DNA of 64,000 nt from an uncultured candidate division Zixibacteria bacterium. GTDB lineage: Bacteria > Zixibacteria > MSB-5A5 > GN15 > PGXB01. The translations under genes were made by a program, and so were the position numbers. The stretch spans positions 128,001-192,000 of the forward strand of contig OY969724.1 of assembly GCA_963702205.1 (NCBI GenBank). Direction: 5' to 3'. Under the pieces are notes generated by a model, which did not search any database, had not been told where the DNA came from, and was given only the letters and a program-made list of their open reading frames with translations. This document shows, in pieces, positions 21,245 through 31,126 of this stretch; within the stretch, counting starts at the first letter, position 1; every line of letters begins with the position of its first letter.

Positions 21245-21268
21245 AAACATACTTGAGGAGGACCTCTT

Positions 21269-22441
21269 ATGTCTAAAGACGGTCATTTCACCGTTAAATC
21301 GTTAATAACGCCGTTCAATATTATAGCCGGTCTCATCGTCATTATGGGGCTTGTGTTGACCGGGCTCCGCTTCACCGGAGGGTTGAAAGAAGTAACAAAT
21401 CTGTCGGATTACAACCCCTGGGGAATATGGATAGGTTTTGACCTGCTCTCGGGGGTTGCCCTTGCTGCCGGAGGATTTGTAACCTCAGCGGCAGTCTATA
21501 TCTTCGGGATGAAAAAGTATCATTCTGCGGTCAGGCCTGCTATCCTCACCGGCTTTTTAGGGTATGCACTTGTGGTCGTTGCCCTGAACTACGACGTTGG
21601 CAGACCCTGGAGGCTCCCCTATCCTCTATTCATCCAGCATGGTACCACATCGATTCTCTTTGAGGTCGCAATATGTGTGGCACTTTACCTGACAGTACTG
21701 TTTTTTGAATTTTCTCCTGCCGCCCTTGAATGGCTGGGTTTTAAGAAATTAAGAAACCTGATACACAGGCTGACACTTGTGCTGACAATCCTGGGCGTAA
21801 TACTCTCAACGATGCATCAGTCTTCGCTGGGTGCTTTGTTTCTGATCGCACCTTCAAAGCTCCACCCGCTCTGGTATTCTTCATACCTGCCTATATATTT
21901 CTTTATCACTGCAGTAATAGCCGGGCTTTCGATGGTAATATTCGAAAGCACACTGTCCCATCACTACTTTTCCCACAAGATGGATGAGGCACATAAACGG
22001 GAAAAGGACCAGGTGGCTCTTGGATTCGGAAAGGCGGCATCATGGGTGCTTGCAGGTTATTTTGCCATTAAGGTCATTGGCATAGCCGCCGACAACAACT
22101 GGCATTATCTAACTACTTCCTATGGTGCATGGTATCTGGTGGAACTCCTGGGATTTGTTGCATTACCCTGTTTTCTCTACGCGGTCGGGGTCAGGGAAAA
22201 AAACCTTACATTAATAAAATGGACTGCCGTCTGGACCGTGCTGGGGATTATGCTCAACCGGCTCAATATATGCCTGATCGCCTTCAACTGGCAGCTTCCC
22301 TCAAGCGAAAGATATTTCCCGCGCTGGAGCGAGATTGGGATTTCAGTTTTTCTTGTCACGTGCGGACTCCTTGTTTTTAGATTCATAGTAACCCGGATGC
22401 CTGTTTTTTATAAACATCCGGACTATGAAGAATCACATTAA
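21269..22441 (+). CDS. hmcC: Hmc complex NrfD/HybB-family membrane subunit
   Basis: PWGIWIGFDLLSGVALAAGG, DVGRPWR and STMHQSSLG. Confidence 0.92.
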   Translation: MSKDGHFTVKSLITPFNIIAGLIVIMGLVLTGLRFTGGLKEVTNLSDYNPWGIWIGFDLLSGVALAAGGFVTSAAVYIFGMKKYHSAVRPAILTGFLGYALVVVALNYDVGRPWRLPYPLFIQHGTTSILFEVAICVALYLTVLFFEFSPAALEWLGFKKLRNLIHRLTLVLTILGVILSTMHQSSLGALFLIAPSKLHPLWYSSYLPIYFFITAVIAGLSMVIFESTLSHHYFSHKMDEAHKREKDQVALGFGKAASWVLAGYFAIKVIGIAADNNWHYLTTSYGAWYLVELLGFVALPCFLYAVGVREKNLTLIKWTAVWTVLGIMLNRLNICLIAFNWQLPSSERYFPRWSEIGISVFLVTCGLLVFRFIVTRMPVFYKHPDYEESH

Positions 22442-22461
22442 TATGACTTCAGGGGGAATAG

Positions 22462-22593
22462 ATGGATAACATGTTTTATACGCTTCAAGACTTTCTGACC
22501 CATACAAAGGGAATTATATATATTCTCATTGTTCTGATTCTGCTGGGAATGCTCGGATTCTGGAGATTTCTTACAGCAAGGGATGATGACTAG
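22462..22593 (+). CDS. hmcD: Hmc complex small membrane subunit (43 aa)
   Basis: Below the ORF-track cutoff: MDNMFYTLQDFLTHTKGIIYILIVLILLGMLGFWRFLTARDDD. AGGGGG RBS; lies between hmcC and hmcE. Confidence 0.85.
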   Translation: MDNMFYTLQDFLTHTKGIIYILIVLILLGMLGFWRFLTARDDD

Positions 22594-22607
22594 GAAAGGA
22601 GAATAAA

Positions 22608-23285
22608 ATGTATCAGATCATCACGGGCCCTGTCTTATGGCTTTCATTTGCAATCTGTATCATGGGCTGTCTCGTCAGGATAATATTGTATATCAAAGGC
22701 CTTGACTGGCAGGCAGACAGGGTCGCCTACACTACCCATTTATCATACGGCCTCAAAGGGGCGGCAAGGTCCATAATATTATGGCTGTTCCCTTTCGGTA
22801 CAAGGAGCTGGAGAATAAAGCCCATATTCACAATAATATTCTTTCTATTTCATATCTGCCTTATTGTTACGCCTGTCTTTTTGCTGGCCCATAATATTAT
22901 TCTCAAACAGAGGTTCGGGATAAGTCTCCCCACATTACCCGAGCCTGCTTCCATTTTTATGAGTATGGTCGTGATCATAACCGTCCTTTTCCTGATTATC
23001 AGGAGGATCGCACTCCCGGAAGTCAGGATACTAACCAACTTTTATGATTATCTGGTGCTCCTTATAGCGGCTGCGCCTTTTATTACCGGGTTATTCGCGT
23101 TTTACCTGGTGCCCGGATATGATTTCTGGGTTATTGCGCATATTATAACAGGTGAGATAATGCTTGTGGCCATTCCTTTTACCAAACTGTCCCATTTTGT
23201 CCTGTTCTTCATGTCCAGGGCCCAGCTTGGGATGGACTACGGGATAAAGCGAGGCGGAATGAAAGGCAAATCATTCGCATGGTAA
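22608..23285 (+). CDS. hmcE: Hmc complex NarI-like cytochrome b subunit
   Basis: Five TMs with His ligands (FLFH, LAHN, IAHI, PFTKLSH). Confidence 0.9.
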   Translation: MYQIITGPVLWLSFAICIMGCLVRIILYIKGLDWQADRVAYTTHLSYGLKGAARSIILWLFPFGTRSWRIKPIFTIIFFLFHICLIVTPVFLLAHNIILKQRFGISLPTLPEPASIFMSMVVIITVLFLIIRRIALPEVRILTNFYDYLVLLIAAAPFITGLFAFYLVPGYDFWVIAHIITGEIMLVAIPFTKLSHFVLFFMSRAQLGMDYGIKRGGMKGKSFAW

Positions 23286-23315
23286 GTTAACTATTAATAT
23301 CTTAAGGTAAATATT

Positions 23316-24701
23316 ATGCCAGAAGGAATTCTTTGTAATAAAAAAACAATTGATACCAAGGAACAGCTTGATGCCCTTTTAGCGGACAAGAACGGACAGC
23401 AGTACTATGAGGAGATGAACCATCTTGATGTGGATACTGATGCATTATGGAAAACCATACGGAAATCCCTGAAATCCAGGATGAAGACCTGGCTTGAAAT
23501 ATGCGCCCATTGCGGACTCTGTGCAGATAGTTGTTTTTACTATATCGCAAACAATAGAGATCCGAAACAGGTGCCTTCCTACAAAATTCAGTCCACCCTC
23601 GGAGAGATGGTCAAACGAAAGGGGAAAGTGGATAATGCCTTCATGCAAATGTGCATGGAGACTGCATTTGCCAAATGTACATGCTGTACGCGCTGCGGGG
23701 TCTATTGCCCGCATGGAATAGATATGGGGATCATGTTCGGCTACCTCAGGGGGCTTCTCTTTTCTCAGGGGTTTACACCCTGGGAGCTTAAGATAGGGAC
23801 CGGTATGCACAGGATCTACAGAGCACAGATGGACATCACGACCGAAGACTGGGTGGAGACATGCGCATGGATGGAAGAGGAATATGAGGATGACTGGCCG
23901 ACCTTAAAAATTCCCATTGATAAGGAAAATGCTGATATAATGTATACGGTAAATGCAAGGGAGCCCAAACATTATCCTGATGACCTTGCGGAGGCAGCCA
24001 TTCTCTTCCAGATGGCAGGTGAAAACTGGACAGTACCAAGCGAGGGCTGGGAGGAGACAAGCCTTGCAATGTTCGCCGGTGACTGGGCCGCATGCAAGAT
24101 GCAGGTGGAAAGCGTCTATGGCGCAATGAACAGACTAAAACCCAAACGAATGGTTGTCACTGAATGCGGGCATGCCTACAGGGCTACAGTGATTGAAGGT
24201 CCTTACTGGGCAGGTATCAAATCAGGACAGCCGCCCGTTGAAAGTATACATTATGTGGAATGGGTTGCCGAGGCATTGAGGACCGGAAAGCTGAAGATCG
24301 ATCCGGCAAAAAAGATCAAGGAGCCTGTTACCTATCAGGATTCGTGCAACTACATTCGAAACGCCGGTCTGGCAAATATTCCCCGGGAGATAATGAGTTA
24401 CATTGCAGAAGATTTCCGGGAGATGAAGCCATGCAGGGAACATAACTTCTGCTGCGGAGGAGGCGGGGGCTTAAATGGTATAGGCCTTTATCGCAAACAG
24501 CGGAATGTCGGCCTGAAGGTCAAGCGCGACCAGATTCTTGCGACCGGCGCGAAACTGGTAATTGCGCCATGCCATAACTGCTGGGATGCGATCAGGGACC
24601 TGGAGGAAGTATACAAGATAGGGATACGATGGTCTTTTCTTAAACCCCTGCTGCTCAGTATGGTGGAAGTTCCTGAGCATATGAAACCAAAGGATGAATA
24701 A
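23316..24701 (+). CDS. hmcF: Hmc complex cytoplasmic Fe-S/CCG (HdrD/DsrK-like) subunit
   Basis: [37 protein letters not shown] and PCHNC. Confidence 0.92.
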   Translation: MPEGILCNKKTIDTKEQLDALLADKNGQQYYEEMNHLDVDTDALWKTIRKSLKSRMKTWLEICAHCGLCADSCFYYIANNRDPKQVPSYKIQSTLGEMVKRKGKVDNAFMQMCMETAFAKCTCCTRCGVYCPHGIDMGIMFGYLRGLLFSQGFTPWELKIGTGMHRIYRAQMDITTEDWVETCAWMEEEYEDDWPTLKIPIDKENADIMYTVNAREPKHYPDDLAEAAILFQMAGENWTVPSEGWEETSLAMFAGDWAACKMQVESVYGAMNRLKPKRMVVTECGHAYRATVIEGPYWAGIKSGQPPVESIHYVEWVAEALRTGKLKIDPAKKIKEPVTYQDSCNYIRNAGLANIPREIMSYIAEDFREMKPCREHNFCCGGGGGLNGIGLYRKQRNVGLKVKRDQILATGAKLVIAPCHNCWDAIRDLEEVYKIGIRWSFLKPLLLSMVEVPEHMKPKDE

Positions 24702-24745
24702 CGATTGCTTTAAAAAAATATTCATTTAAACATTACAGGTGATCT

Positions 24746-25672
24746 ATGTTTAATAAAATTATGTTTGCAACAACGGCTTCGCCATCTTGTGATCATGCCG
24801 CAAGGGTAGCTTTTAACATGGCGGGGGATTACGATTCGGATCTGATAGTTTTTCATGTCCTTGGATATCCTTCCCGGGGATTCAGTCAGTCAGTGATTGA
24901 TTCACGCACGGGCGAAAGGGTGGCCTATGATGAAGACTATGTCCAGTGGGTAAAAGAGGAGATGAAAAACACCTATGGCAAACTCATGGAAACGGGTGAA
25001 AGGATCACCCTCGAGACCACATCGGGGATTCCTCATACAGAGATCCTGAGATATGCCAGGAAGAACAATGTGGACCTCATAGTAATGGGCTCCAGCAGTC
25101 AGGAAGAACACGATATGTCGTCTTCCTACAAAAATTTCGCGGGGAGTACGTTAAAGGCAGTTGCCAAGTCCGCCAGGTGCCCTGTTCTTGTCATAGGCAG
25201 GGAAGCCGCCTCCTTCTGGGGAGGAGGATTTTCAAATATTGTTTTCGGGACCGATTTTTCAAAATCGGCAGATTCCGCCTTTGCCTTTGCACTTAAACTG
25301 GCCAGGGAACTTAAGTGCAAACTGCATATTTTTCATGCCCTGGATATCAGTTCAATTTATTCCGGAAAAGTCGTTGAGCAAAATGAAATCGATGAAAGCT
25401 TAAGGGAAATAAGAAACAGGATAAGAAAGAAATATGAGCCCAGTCTGAAAGATCTTGATGATTATGAAATAGGTGTGTGGGAAGGTATTCCCTATGTAGA
25501 GATTGTCAAGTATGCAAGGGAAAATTATGCGGATCTTATAATTATGGCGCACCATACACATGAACCTGATCCGGAAAAAACAAAGCTGGGGAGCACGCTG
25601 GAACAGGTTGTGCTTCGTGCAGCATGCCCGGTGGCAAGTGTTAACCGGCCTGACAAAATAAAGGATATGTAA
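24746..25672 (+). CDS. Tandem-domain universal stress protein
   Basis: Two USP domains (G.P...I...A...DLIVMG...GST...V...A.CPV). Confidence 0.92.
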   Translation: MFNKIMFATTASPSCDHAARVAFNMAGDYDSDLIVFHVLGYPSRGFSQSVIDSRTGERVAYDEDYVQWVKEEMKNTYGKLMETGERITLETTSGIPHTEILRYARKNNVDLIVMGSSSQEEHDMSSSYKNFAGSTLKAVAKSARCPVLVIGREAASFWGGGFSNIVFGTDFSKSADSAFAFALKLARELKCKLHIFHALDISSIYSGKVVEQNEIDESLREIRNRIRKKYEPSLKDLDDYEIGVWEGIPYVEIVKYARENYADLIIMAHHTHEPDPEKTKLGSTLEQVVLRAACPVASVNRPDKIKDM

Positions 25673-25725
25673 CTGTTTATGATTAAAAGACCTTCTTACA
25701 ATTACAATGAAAGGAGACTTAAACT

Positions 25726-26079
25726 ATGGCAAAAAAGATAATGATAATTGATGATGATCCAAACGTGGTCACCTATCTTACCGATCTTTTTAGCGATAAC
25801 GGCTATGATACATGTTCTGCCTCAGGCGGTCCCAAAGCAATGGAGGTCTTAGGAAAAGAAACACCCGATCTGATTACCCTCGATCTGGAGATGCCGGAGG
25901 AGTGGGGCCCGAGATTATATCGAAAGATTATGCAGGAAAAGGAATATAAAAATATCCCGGTTATCGTCATAAGCGGTTTAACAGGCAGCCAGTACGCCAT
26001 ACAGAAGGCTGTTGCAAGTTTACTGAAGCCATTTGATAAAGAAGAACTTTTGAGGATAGTAAAAGATACCATAGGCTGA
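25726..26079 (+). CDS. Single-domain response regulator (Rrf1/DivK-like)
   Basis: IIDDD, LITLDLEMP, VISG and KP. Confidence 0.9.
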   Translation: MAKKIMIIDDDPNVVTYLTDLFSDNGYDTCSASGGPKAMEVLGKETPDLITLDLEMPEEWGPRLYRKIMQEKEYKNIPVIVISGLTGSQYAIQKAVASLLKPFDKEELLRIVKDTIG

Positions 26080-26194
26080 CAGCTCCATAAACTTAAAATC
26101 ACATGCCTTTTTCGTCTGTCACGGGCTTAATGCGTATGATCGTTAACCGGAACATGTTAACCTTCAATTAACAATTTTTTATATTGAAATTAAA

Positions 26195-27706
26195 ATGGAC
26201 AATTCAATATTACTGGTTGACGAAGAAGAAGAATTACTCGGGGCGCTGGAGATCTATCTTGACAGAACCGGGTATGAAGTAATCAAGGCTGAAAACGGCA
26301 CTAATGCCCTGGAGGCTATCCATGATTTTTCTCCTTCTGTAGCCATATCAAAGTCCATATTAAGTGATATGTCAGGCGCCGAATTACTGCAAAAAGCCAA
26401 ACCATTGTACCCCGATACAGAATTTATCATGATAAGTGATGAGTTAGATACATCATCCAGGGCAAAATGTCTTGCCCTGGATGCATCCGATTTTCTGTAT
26501 AAGCCAATAAGCAGTGATGTGCTTGAAATAGCGATTCAAAGGGCCATTGACCGACAGCAGGAACGCAGGAAAATTCGCGAGTATGAAAAAAAGCTGGAAG
26601 CCTCTCATAAGATAAAATTGCACTATCAACAGTTTTTTGACGAAATGCCCTGTTATATTTCCGTTCAGGATAAAAACTTTAGGATAACAAGTACAAACAA
26701 ATGGTTTAAAAAAGACTTCGGGGATCAGTTGGGATCGCACTGTTATAAGGTCTACAAGCATAGGGAGGAACCATGCAGACCATGCCCTGTAATTGCAACC
26801 TTCAATGACGGGCAATATCACCAGACCGAAGAGGTCGTTACCTCAAGGCGCGGGGAACAGTATAATATTTTTACATGGACAGCTCCGATACATAATGAAA
26901 TCGGGGAAATAAAACAGGTTATGGAGATGTCCACCAATATAACCAAAATACGTCAACTGCAGGACCACCTTACCTCGCTCGGGTTATTGATAGGCTCAAT
27001 GTCCCATGGGATAAGAGGATTGTTGACGGGTCTGGATGGCGGAATATATCGTCTTGAATCCGGCCTTAAGAAAGACGATAAAGGCAAGATGGATGATGCA
27101 CTTGAAGTTGTTAAGGATCTTACAGGCCGAATAAAAAGTATGGTGATCAATATTCTTTATTACACAAAAGAAAGAGATCTCAACATAGTACGTTTAAGTG
27201 CAGATCGTTTTCTTAAGGATGTGATTAGAATTGTATCACCAAAGGCCGTAAACCATAATATTGACCTTATTTATGAATCTGACAGCTCTTCAGGTGATTT
27301 TGAGATAGATACTGAAGCCGTGTCATCCTCCCTTGTCAATATAATTGAAAACTCTATTGATGCCTGCCTTGACGACAGATCCGATAAAGAATCATATATT
27401 GTAAAAATAACTTTAACGAGAGAAAAGAACTTTATAACTATCAATGTCTGTGATAATGGTATCGGGATGGATCAGGAAACACGTGAAAACCTGTTTACCC
27501 TTTTCTTTTCATCCAAAGGAAACAGAGGTACAGGCCTTGGTCTTTTTGTTGCCAATCAGAATATTAAAAAACATGGAGGAAGAATAGAAGTAGAATCGAC
27601 CCCTGGCAAGGGCTCTAATTTCAAAATAACCATTCCAAGGACTATTCCTGAAGAATCACAGAAAGCTCGTACCTGCCCGGTAGAAGTTCATGAATTTATT
27701 CAATAA
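26195..27706 (+). CDS. Hybrid sensor histidine kinase (atypical receiver-PAS-HisKA-HATPase)
   Basis: H-box SMSHGIRGLL, NIIENSIDA, DNGIGM and GTGLGL; Cys-containing PAS (HCY...PCRPCPV). Confidence 0.88.
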   Translation: MDNSILLVDEEEELLGALEIYLDRTGYEVIKAENGTNALEAIHDFSPSVAISKSILSDMSGAELLQKAKPLYPDTEFIMISDELDTSSRAKCLALDASDFLYKPISSDVLEIAIQRAIDRQQERRKIREYEKKLEASHKIKLHYQQFFDEMPCYISVQDKNFRITSTNKWFKKDFGDQLGSHCYKVYKHREEPCRPCPVIATFNDGQYHQTEEVVTSRRGEQYNIFTWTAPIHNEIGEIKQVMEMSTNITKIRQLQDHLTSLGLLIGSMSHGIRGLLTGLDGGIYRLESGLKKDDKGKMDDALEVVKDLTGRIKSMVINILYYTKERDLNIVRLSADRFLKDVIRIVSPKAVNHNIDLIYESDSSSGDFEIDTEAVSSSLVNIIENSIDACLDDRSDKESYIVKITLTREKNFITINVCDNGIGMDQETRENLFTLFFSSKGNRGTGLGLFVANQNIKKHGGRIEVESTPGKGSNFKITIPRTIPEESQKARTCPVEVHEFIQ

Positions 27707-27713
27707 AAAACAA

Positions 27714-28151
27714 ATGCGCATAACAACTAAAAGCCGTTACGGTACAAGATTAATTATTGATCTGGCGCTCAATTCGCAAAATGGACCTGTCAAACTGGGC
27801 GATATTTCCGCAAGACAGGGCATTTCGCTTAAATATCTCGAAAAACTTATCAAAAAACTAAAGGAGACCGGGTTTGTCAAAAGTGTACGCGGGCCCAACG
27901 GCGGGTACATGCTGGCAAAACCTGTTAAGAGTATTTCGGTTGGGGATATAGTTAAGACACTTGAAGGTTCAGTTTCCATAACCGACTGTTCGGATAAGGA
28001 AAATGCCTGCGGAGTCTGCAACCGGGCCGGAGAGTGCATCACACAATGGATCTGGATGGAAACCAGCGAGGCCATGTTCAAAAAACTGAATTCTTTCAAA
28101 CTGGACAGGCTGGTCAAGGATTCAAAAAATTTTAACAAGATCAATCCATAA
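27714..28151 (+). CDS. rrf2: Rrf2-family transcriptional regulator (three Cys, Fe-S type)
   Basis: MRITTKSRYGTR, ISLKYLEKL, SVRGPNGGY and C-x6-C-x2-C-x5-C; alternative start at 27690. Confidence 0.9.
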   Translation: MRITTKSRYGTRLIIDLALNSQNGPVKLGDISARQGISLKYLEKLIKKLKETGFVKSVRGPNGGYMLAKPVKSISVGDIVKTLEGSVSITDCSDKENACGVCNRAGECITQWIWMETSEAMFKKLNSFKLDRLVKDSKNFNKINP

Positions 28152-28507
28152 CCCCGCCCGTTTTATTGAGTAACTTTCTGACAAAGGCATTTAATCATTG
28201 TAAGCCGTCCTGGATAGTTTAAAGAGCTATCCGCCGGAGTAGGCCTGAAGACAGGTTATCCTGCTTCCTGTCTTATGGGGATCGAACTTCGGTAGTGTTT
28301 CAAGGCAGCAAGGCATTCTTTTAAGAAAACGAGCAAGTTTTTCCGCCGGTCACATTGATTTGGTAAAGCACTATTTTGTTCAGAAATACGGTTTTTGATG
28401 ATTGATAATATCTCATAAGGTTCCCATTCAAGGGACCCGCCTGACCAGATACAAATTCCCTCGACTGATTTTCTGAATTTTTTTGAGTAAATAAAATAAT
28501 ACTTGCG

Positions 28508-28565
28508 CATTTTCCTGAAATAGACTATTTTCTTGGTTAAGAAAATATAGGTAAACAGGAAAATG
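28508..28565. promoter_or_regulatory. Large inverted-repeat operator overlapping the promoter and start codon of the abiEi-like gene
   Basis: CATTTTCCTG-N8-TATTTTCTT-GGTT-AAGAAAATA-N8-CAGGAAAATG; TTGCGC-N17-TATTTT overlaps it. Confidence 0.7.
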
Positions 28566-29654
28566 ATAACTGAAAAAGAAATGATAGAACAGCTGCAAAG
28601 AGGTAATGTATCTTTGCCTCCTTTATCTTTTCGTTTTTTGCAGATGGGAACAGGGAGTAAAAAAGATGAGCAGCTGGATGTATTAATCGAGGCATCCTGG
28701 GATAAAAATAAAGTAAAGTTTGCTGTAGAATGCAAAGCTTTGTCAACTCCAAAGGCTTTCAGGACAGGGCTGAATATGCTCAAAACGTCTCCAATACCAA
28801 AGGGGTATAATCCCCTTTTGTTAATGCCTTTTCTCAGTGAAAAGCGGTTACTGGAGCTTGAGCAGGCAGGGATCAGCGGAATAGATCTGTGCGGGAATGG
28901 AGTAGTAATTGTTCCCAACGTATTTGCTGTATATCGCAGTGGTGAAAAGAATCGTTTTACTTCTTCTGCCCCTATAAAAAATATTTACCGGAAAAACAGT
29001 TCAATGGTTGGGCGTGTTTTCCTTTTTTGTTCGAGTTATAAAACTGTCCAGGATATCTGGAATGAAATTAACAGAAAAAACCTGCTTGTAAACAGCTATG
29101 ATAAAAAAGCCATGAGCTTTTCCACAGTATCAAAGGCACTCAAAGCTCTGGAGGAAGACCTTATTATATCACGTGAGAATAATATCAACCTCCTGCAGGC
29201 AGACAGGCTCCTGGAAAAATTATCTGAGAATTATGATACTGGAAATACTAAGAAGCAGATCCGTCTCAAAGTTCCGGAGAAAAATGGGGCGCTCCAGGAT
29301 TATTTAGTAGAAAAAGCAAAGGGATCAGGAATACCAGTAGTGGCAAACGGGAAATCATCGGTTGGTCGATATACCGTGATGCAACGCGGAGATATCCTCT
29401 CTGTTTATTGTCCCCGGGTAGAAAAATTACTGGAAAGGATATCAGGTGACCAGTATGATCGGTTCCCGAACCTTGAAATCCTGGAAACAGAAGATGAAAC
29501 TGTTTATTTTGATGCACAGAAGGATGGAGAATTCTTGTGGGCTTCACCTGTACAGGTATATCTTGAACTTATGTCAGGCGACAAGCGTGATCGTGAGATG
29601 GCTGAACAGGTTAAATCATTTATCATAAATAATATTGATACAGGCAATGCATGA
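28563..29654 (+). CDS. AbiEi-like type IV antitoxin / transcriptional regulator
   Basis: N-terminal D...E-x-K nuclease-like segment, central HTH (SFSTVSKALKALEE), C-terminal ASPVQVYLEL...RDREMAE typical of AbiEi_2-like proteins. Confidence 0.7.
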   Translation: MITEKEMIEQLQRGNVSLPPLSFRFLQMGTGSKKDEQLDVLIEASWDKNKVKFAVECKALSTPKAFRTGLNMLKTSPIPKGYNPLLLMPFLSEKRLLELEQAGISGIDLCGNGVVIVPNVFAVYRSGEKNRFTSSAPIKNIYRKNSSMVGRVFLFCSSYKTVQDIWNEINRKNLLVNSYDKKAMSFSTVSKALKALEEDLIISRENNINLLQADRLLEKLSENYDTGNTKKQIRLKVPEKNGALQDYLVEKAKGSGIPVVANGKSSVGRYTVMQRGDILSVYCPRVEKLLERISGDQYDRFPNLEILETEDETVYFDAQKDGEFLWASPVQVYLELMSGDKRDREMAEQVKSFIINNIDTGNA

Positions 29655-30538
29655 TTTCAATACCGGATCTCAAAACATCACTACTGTATCTTCTTTATGA
29701 GATAAAAGATACAGACCTAAAACTTATTGTCGGCGGCGGTTTTGGTATTTACCTAAAGACCAATTATGTACAGCAGGCAAAAATATCAACACTTTTAAAG
29801 GAATGGCCTGAACCACGTTCAACAAATGACATTGACCTTTTCCTGCGCCCCGAACTTCTGATTGAAACATCGAAACTAAGCCCCTTGTCTGAAGCTATCA
29901 CCAGACTGGGTTATGAGGTTGTTCCCGGGGCTGAAAAATACCAGTTTGTTAAGCCTGGACCGGGAGGGACTGATACTGGAAGCATCAAGATAGACATCCT
30001 GACCGGGCCACAGAGCAGTTTTAAAGGATCGAGCGTAAAGGTGGATGAGCGCAGGGCACGCCCCAGGCCTTCTGTCGGAATTCATGCTCATCCGGTGGAT
30101 GAGGCTGCTACTCTGGAAGCAGGACTGTTGTCTATTAAGTTAGAGGGGAACCTCAACTCCGGCAAATCCTTTCATGCAGATGTCTTTGTACCTCATCCTT
30201 ATACCTTCTCTATAATGAAGCTTTTTGCATTCAGAGACAGGCTCAACGATACTGACAAAGAATACGGCAGATATCACGCATTGGATATCTATACAATCAT
30301 AGCAACCACGGGGGATGAAGAGTGGCGATATGCGATTGAATTAAGAGATCAGCTGAAAGAACACCCATATGTGCAGGAGGCTGGACGAATTGTCCTGGAA
30401 TATTTTTCATCGCTGGAAGGCTTAGGGATAATCCGGTTGAGGGAAAGTCCTTACTACAAATCTAAACTGCAGCTCAATGACTTCATGTCAATCCTGCTGG
30501 AGTTGTTTCCTTCAGTGAATAAAAAACAAGGATCATGA
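29651..30538 (+). CDS. AbiEii-like nucleotidyltransferase toxin
   Basis: LIVGGG, RSTNDIDLFL, KIDIL and MKLFAF.DR...ALDIY; ATGA coupling to the upstream gene. Confidence 0.72.
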   Translation: MISIPDLKTSLLYLLYEIKDTDLKLIVGGGFGIYLKTNYVQQAKISTLLKEWPEPRSTNDIDLFLRPELLIETSKLSPLSEAITRLGYEVVPGAEKYQFVKPGPGGTDTGSIKIDILTGPQSSFKGSSVKVDERRARPRPSVGIHAHPVDEAATLEAGLLSIKLEGNLNSGKSFHADVFVPHPYTFSIMKLFAFRDRLNDTDKEYGRYHALDIYTIIATTGDEEWRYAIELRDQLKEHPYVQEAGRIVLEYFSSLEGLGIIRLRESPYYKSKLQLNDFMSILLELFPSVNKKQGS

Positions 30539-30703
30539 ATCAACTGTTTAAAGAATCCGGATCATCTTCCATCTCCTGGCAAGGCTTGCCGTTCGGTTTG
30601 TGTAGTAATTTAAAATCGGTATAATATGAGACACCGAATTCAGATGGCGGATGATGATTTTTTCCGCCTGTCAGTATAAAATCTTTTCTCTGTGTGGGGT
30701 ATG

Positions 30704-30737
30704 AAAAATGGCTTAGAGGGCTATCCCTCTAAGCCAC
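30704..30737 (-). terminator. Rho-independent terminator after the pseudo-tRNA
   Basis: Minus strand TGGCTTAGAGGG-ATAG-CCCTCTAAGCCA-TTTTT (12-bp perfect stem). Confidence 0.85.
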
Positions 30738-30746
30738 TGAATTTTT

Positions 30747-30812
30747 TGGCTCCCCGAGACGGACTCGAACCATCGACAGGGTGGTTAATCACGCCAGCGG
30801 CGTGACTCTACC
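30747..30812 (-). pseudogene. tRNA-Asn-derived pseudo-tRNA with a 17-nt hairpin in place of the 5' anticodon arm
   Basis: Minus strand GGTAGAG-[TCACGCCGCTGGCGTGA]-TTAACCACCCTGTC-GATGGTTCGAGTCCGTC-TCGGGGA-G-CCA. T-arm, 3' acceptor strand and CCA are intact; there is no 5' acceptor strand. Confidence 0.8.
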
Positions 30813-31064
30813 CTATCGCGCTCTCTCAAGATATCTTGCAATCCCACGCCTTTTAATCTTTCTCTCAAGAATGGTGGCTTCGCTTTTGTCTCTGCATTCA
30901 AATGACCAAACGAGTTTCCACGGGCCTTTATATCTTTTTGTTGTCTTAGAAAGTTTGTATCCAGGGTCGTTATGTTGATCCAGACGTTGCTCTATATTGC
31001 TGCTTTGTCCGCAATAGTATCTTCCATTCGATCCACTTTGGATTATGTAAACCCATTGAGGCAT
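30813..31064 (-). CDS. Small GIY-YIG nuclease (UPF0213/YhbQ-like)
   Basis: VYIIQS...YYCGQSSNIEQRLDQHN...PWKLVW...A..LERKIK. Confidence 0.9.
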   Translation of the reverse strand: MPQWVYIIQSGSNGRYYCGQSSNIEQRLDQHNDPGYKLSKTTKRYKGPWKLVWSFECRDKSEATILERKIKRRGIARYLERAR

Positions 31065-31073
31065 GGTTTCCCA

Positions 31074-31106
31074 AATAAAAAAAGCCCATTCATACGAACA
31101 GGCTTT
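31074..31106 (-). terminator. Terminator downstream of the tRNA-Asn 3'-end copy
   Basis: Minus strand AAAGCCTGTTC-GTAT-GAATGGGCTTT-TTTTATT. Confidence 0.75.
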
Positions 31107-31126
31107 GAATTTTTTGGCTCCCCGAG
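31106..31126. repeat. 21-bp direct repeat (second copy at 30738-30758) containing the tRNA-Asn 3' end; putative att junction
   Basis: TGAATTTTTTGGCTCCCCGAG occurs at both positions; the 12-bp core reads CTCGGGGAGCCA on the minus strand; base composition shifts shortly after. Confidence 0.85.

Noticed and set aside
28256..28918. 220-aa minus-strand ORF
   Set aside because: Antisense to the abiEi-like gene and its operator; composition is not protein-like.
30747..30822. Functional tRNA-Asn gene
   Set aside because: There is no 5' acceptor strand and the anticodon arm is replaced by a hairpin, so it is recorded as a pseudo-tRNA.
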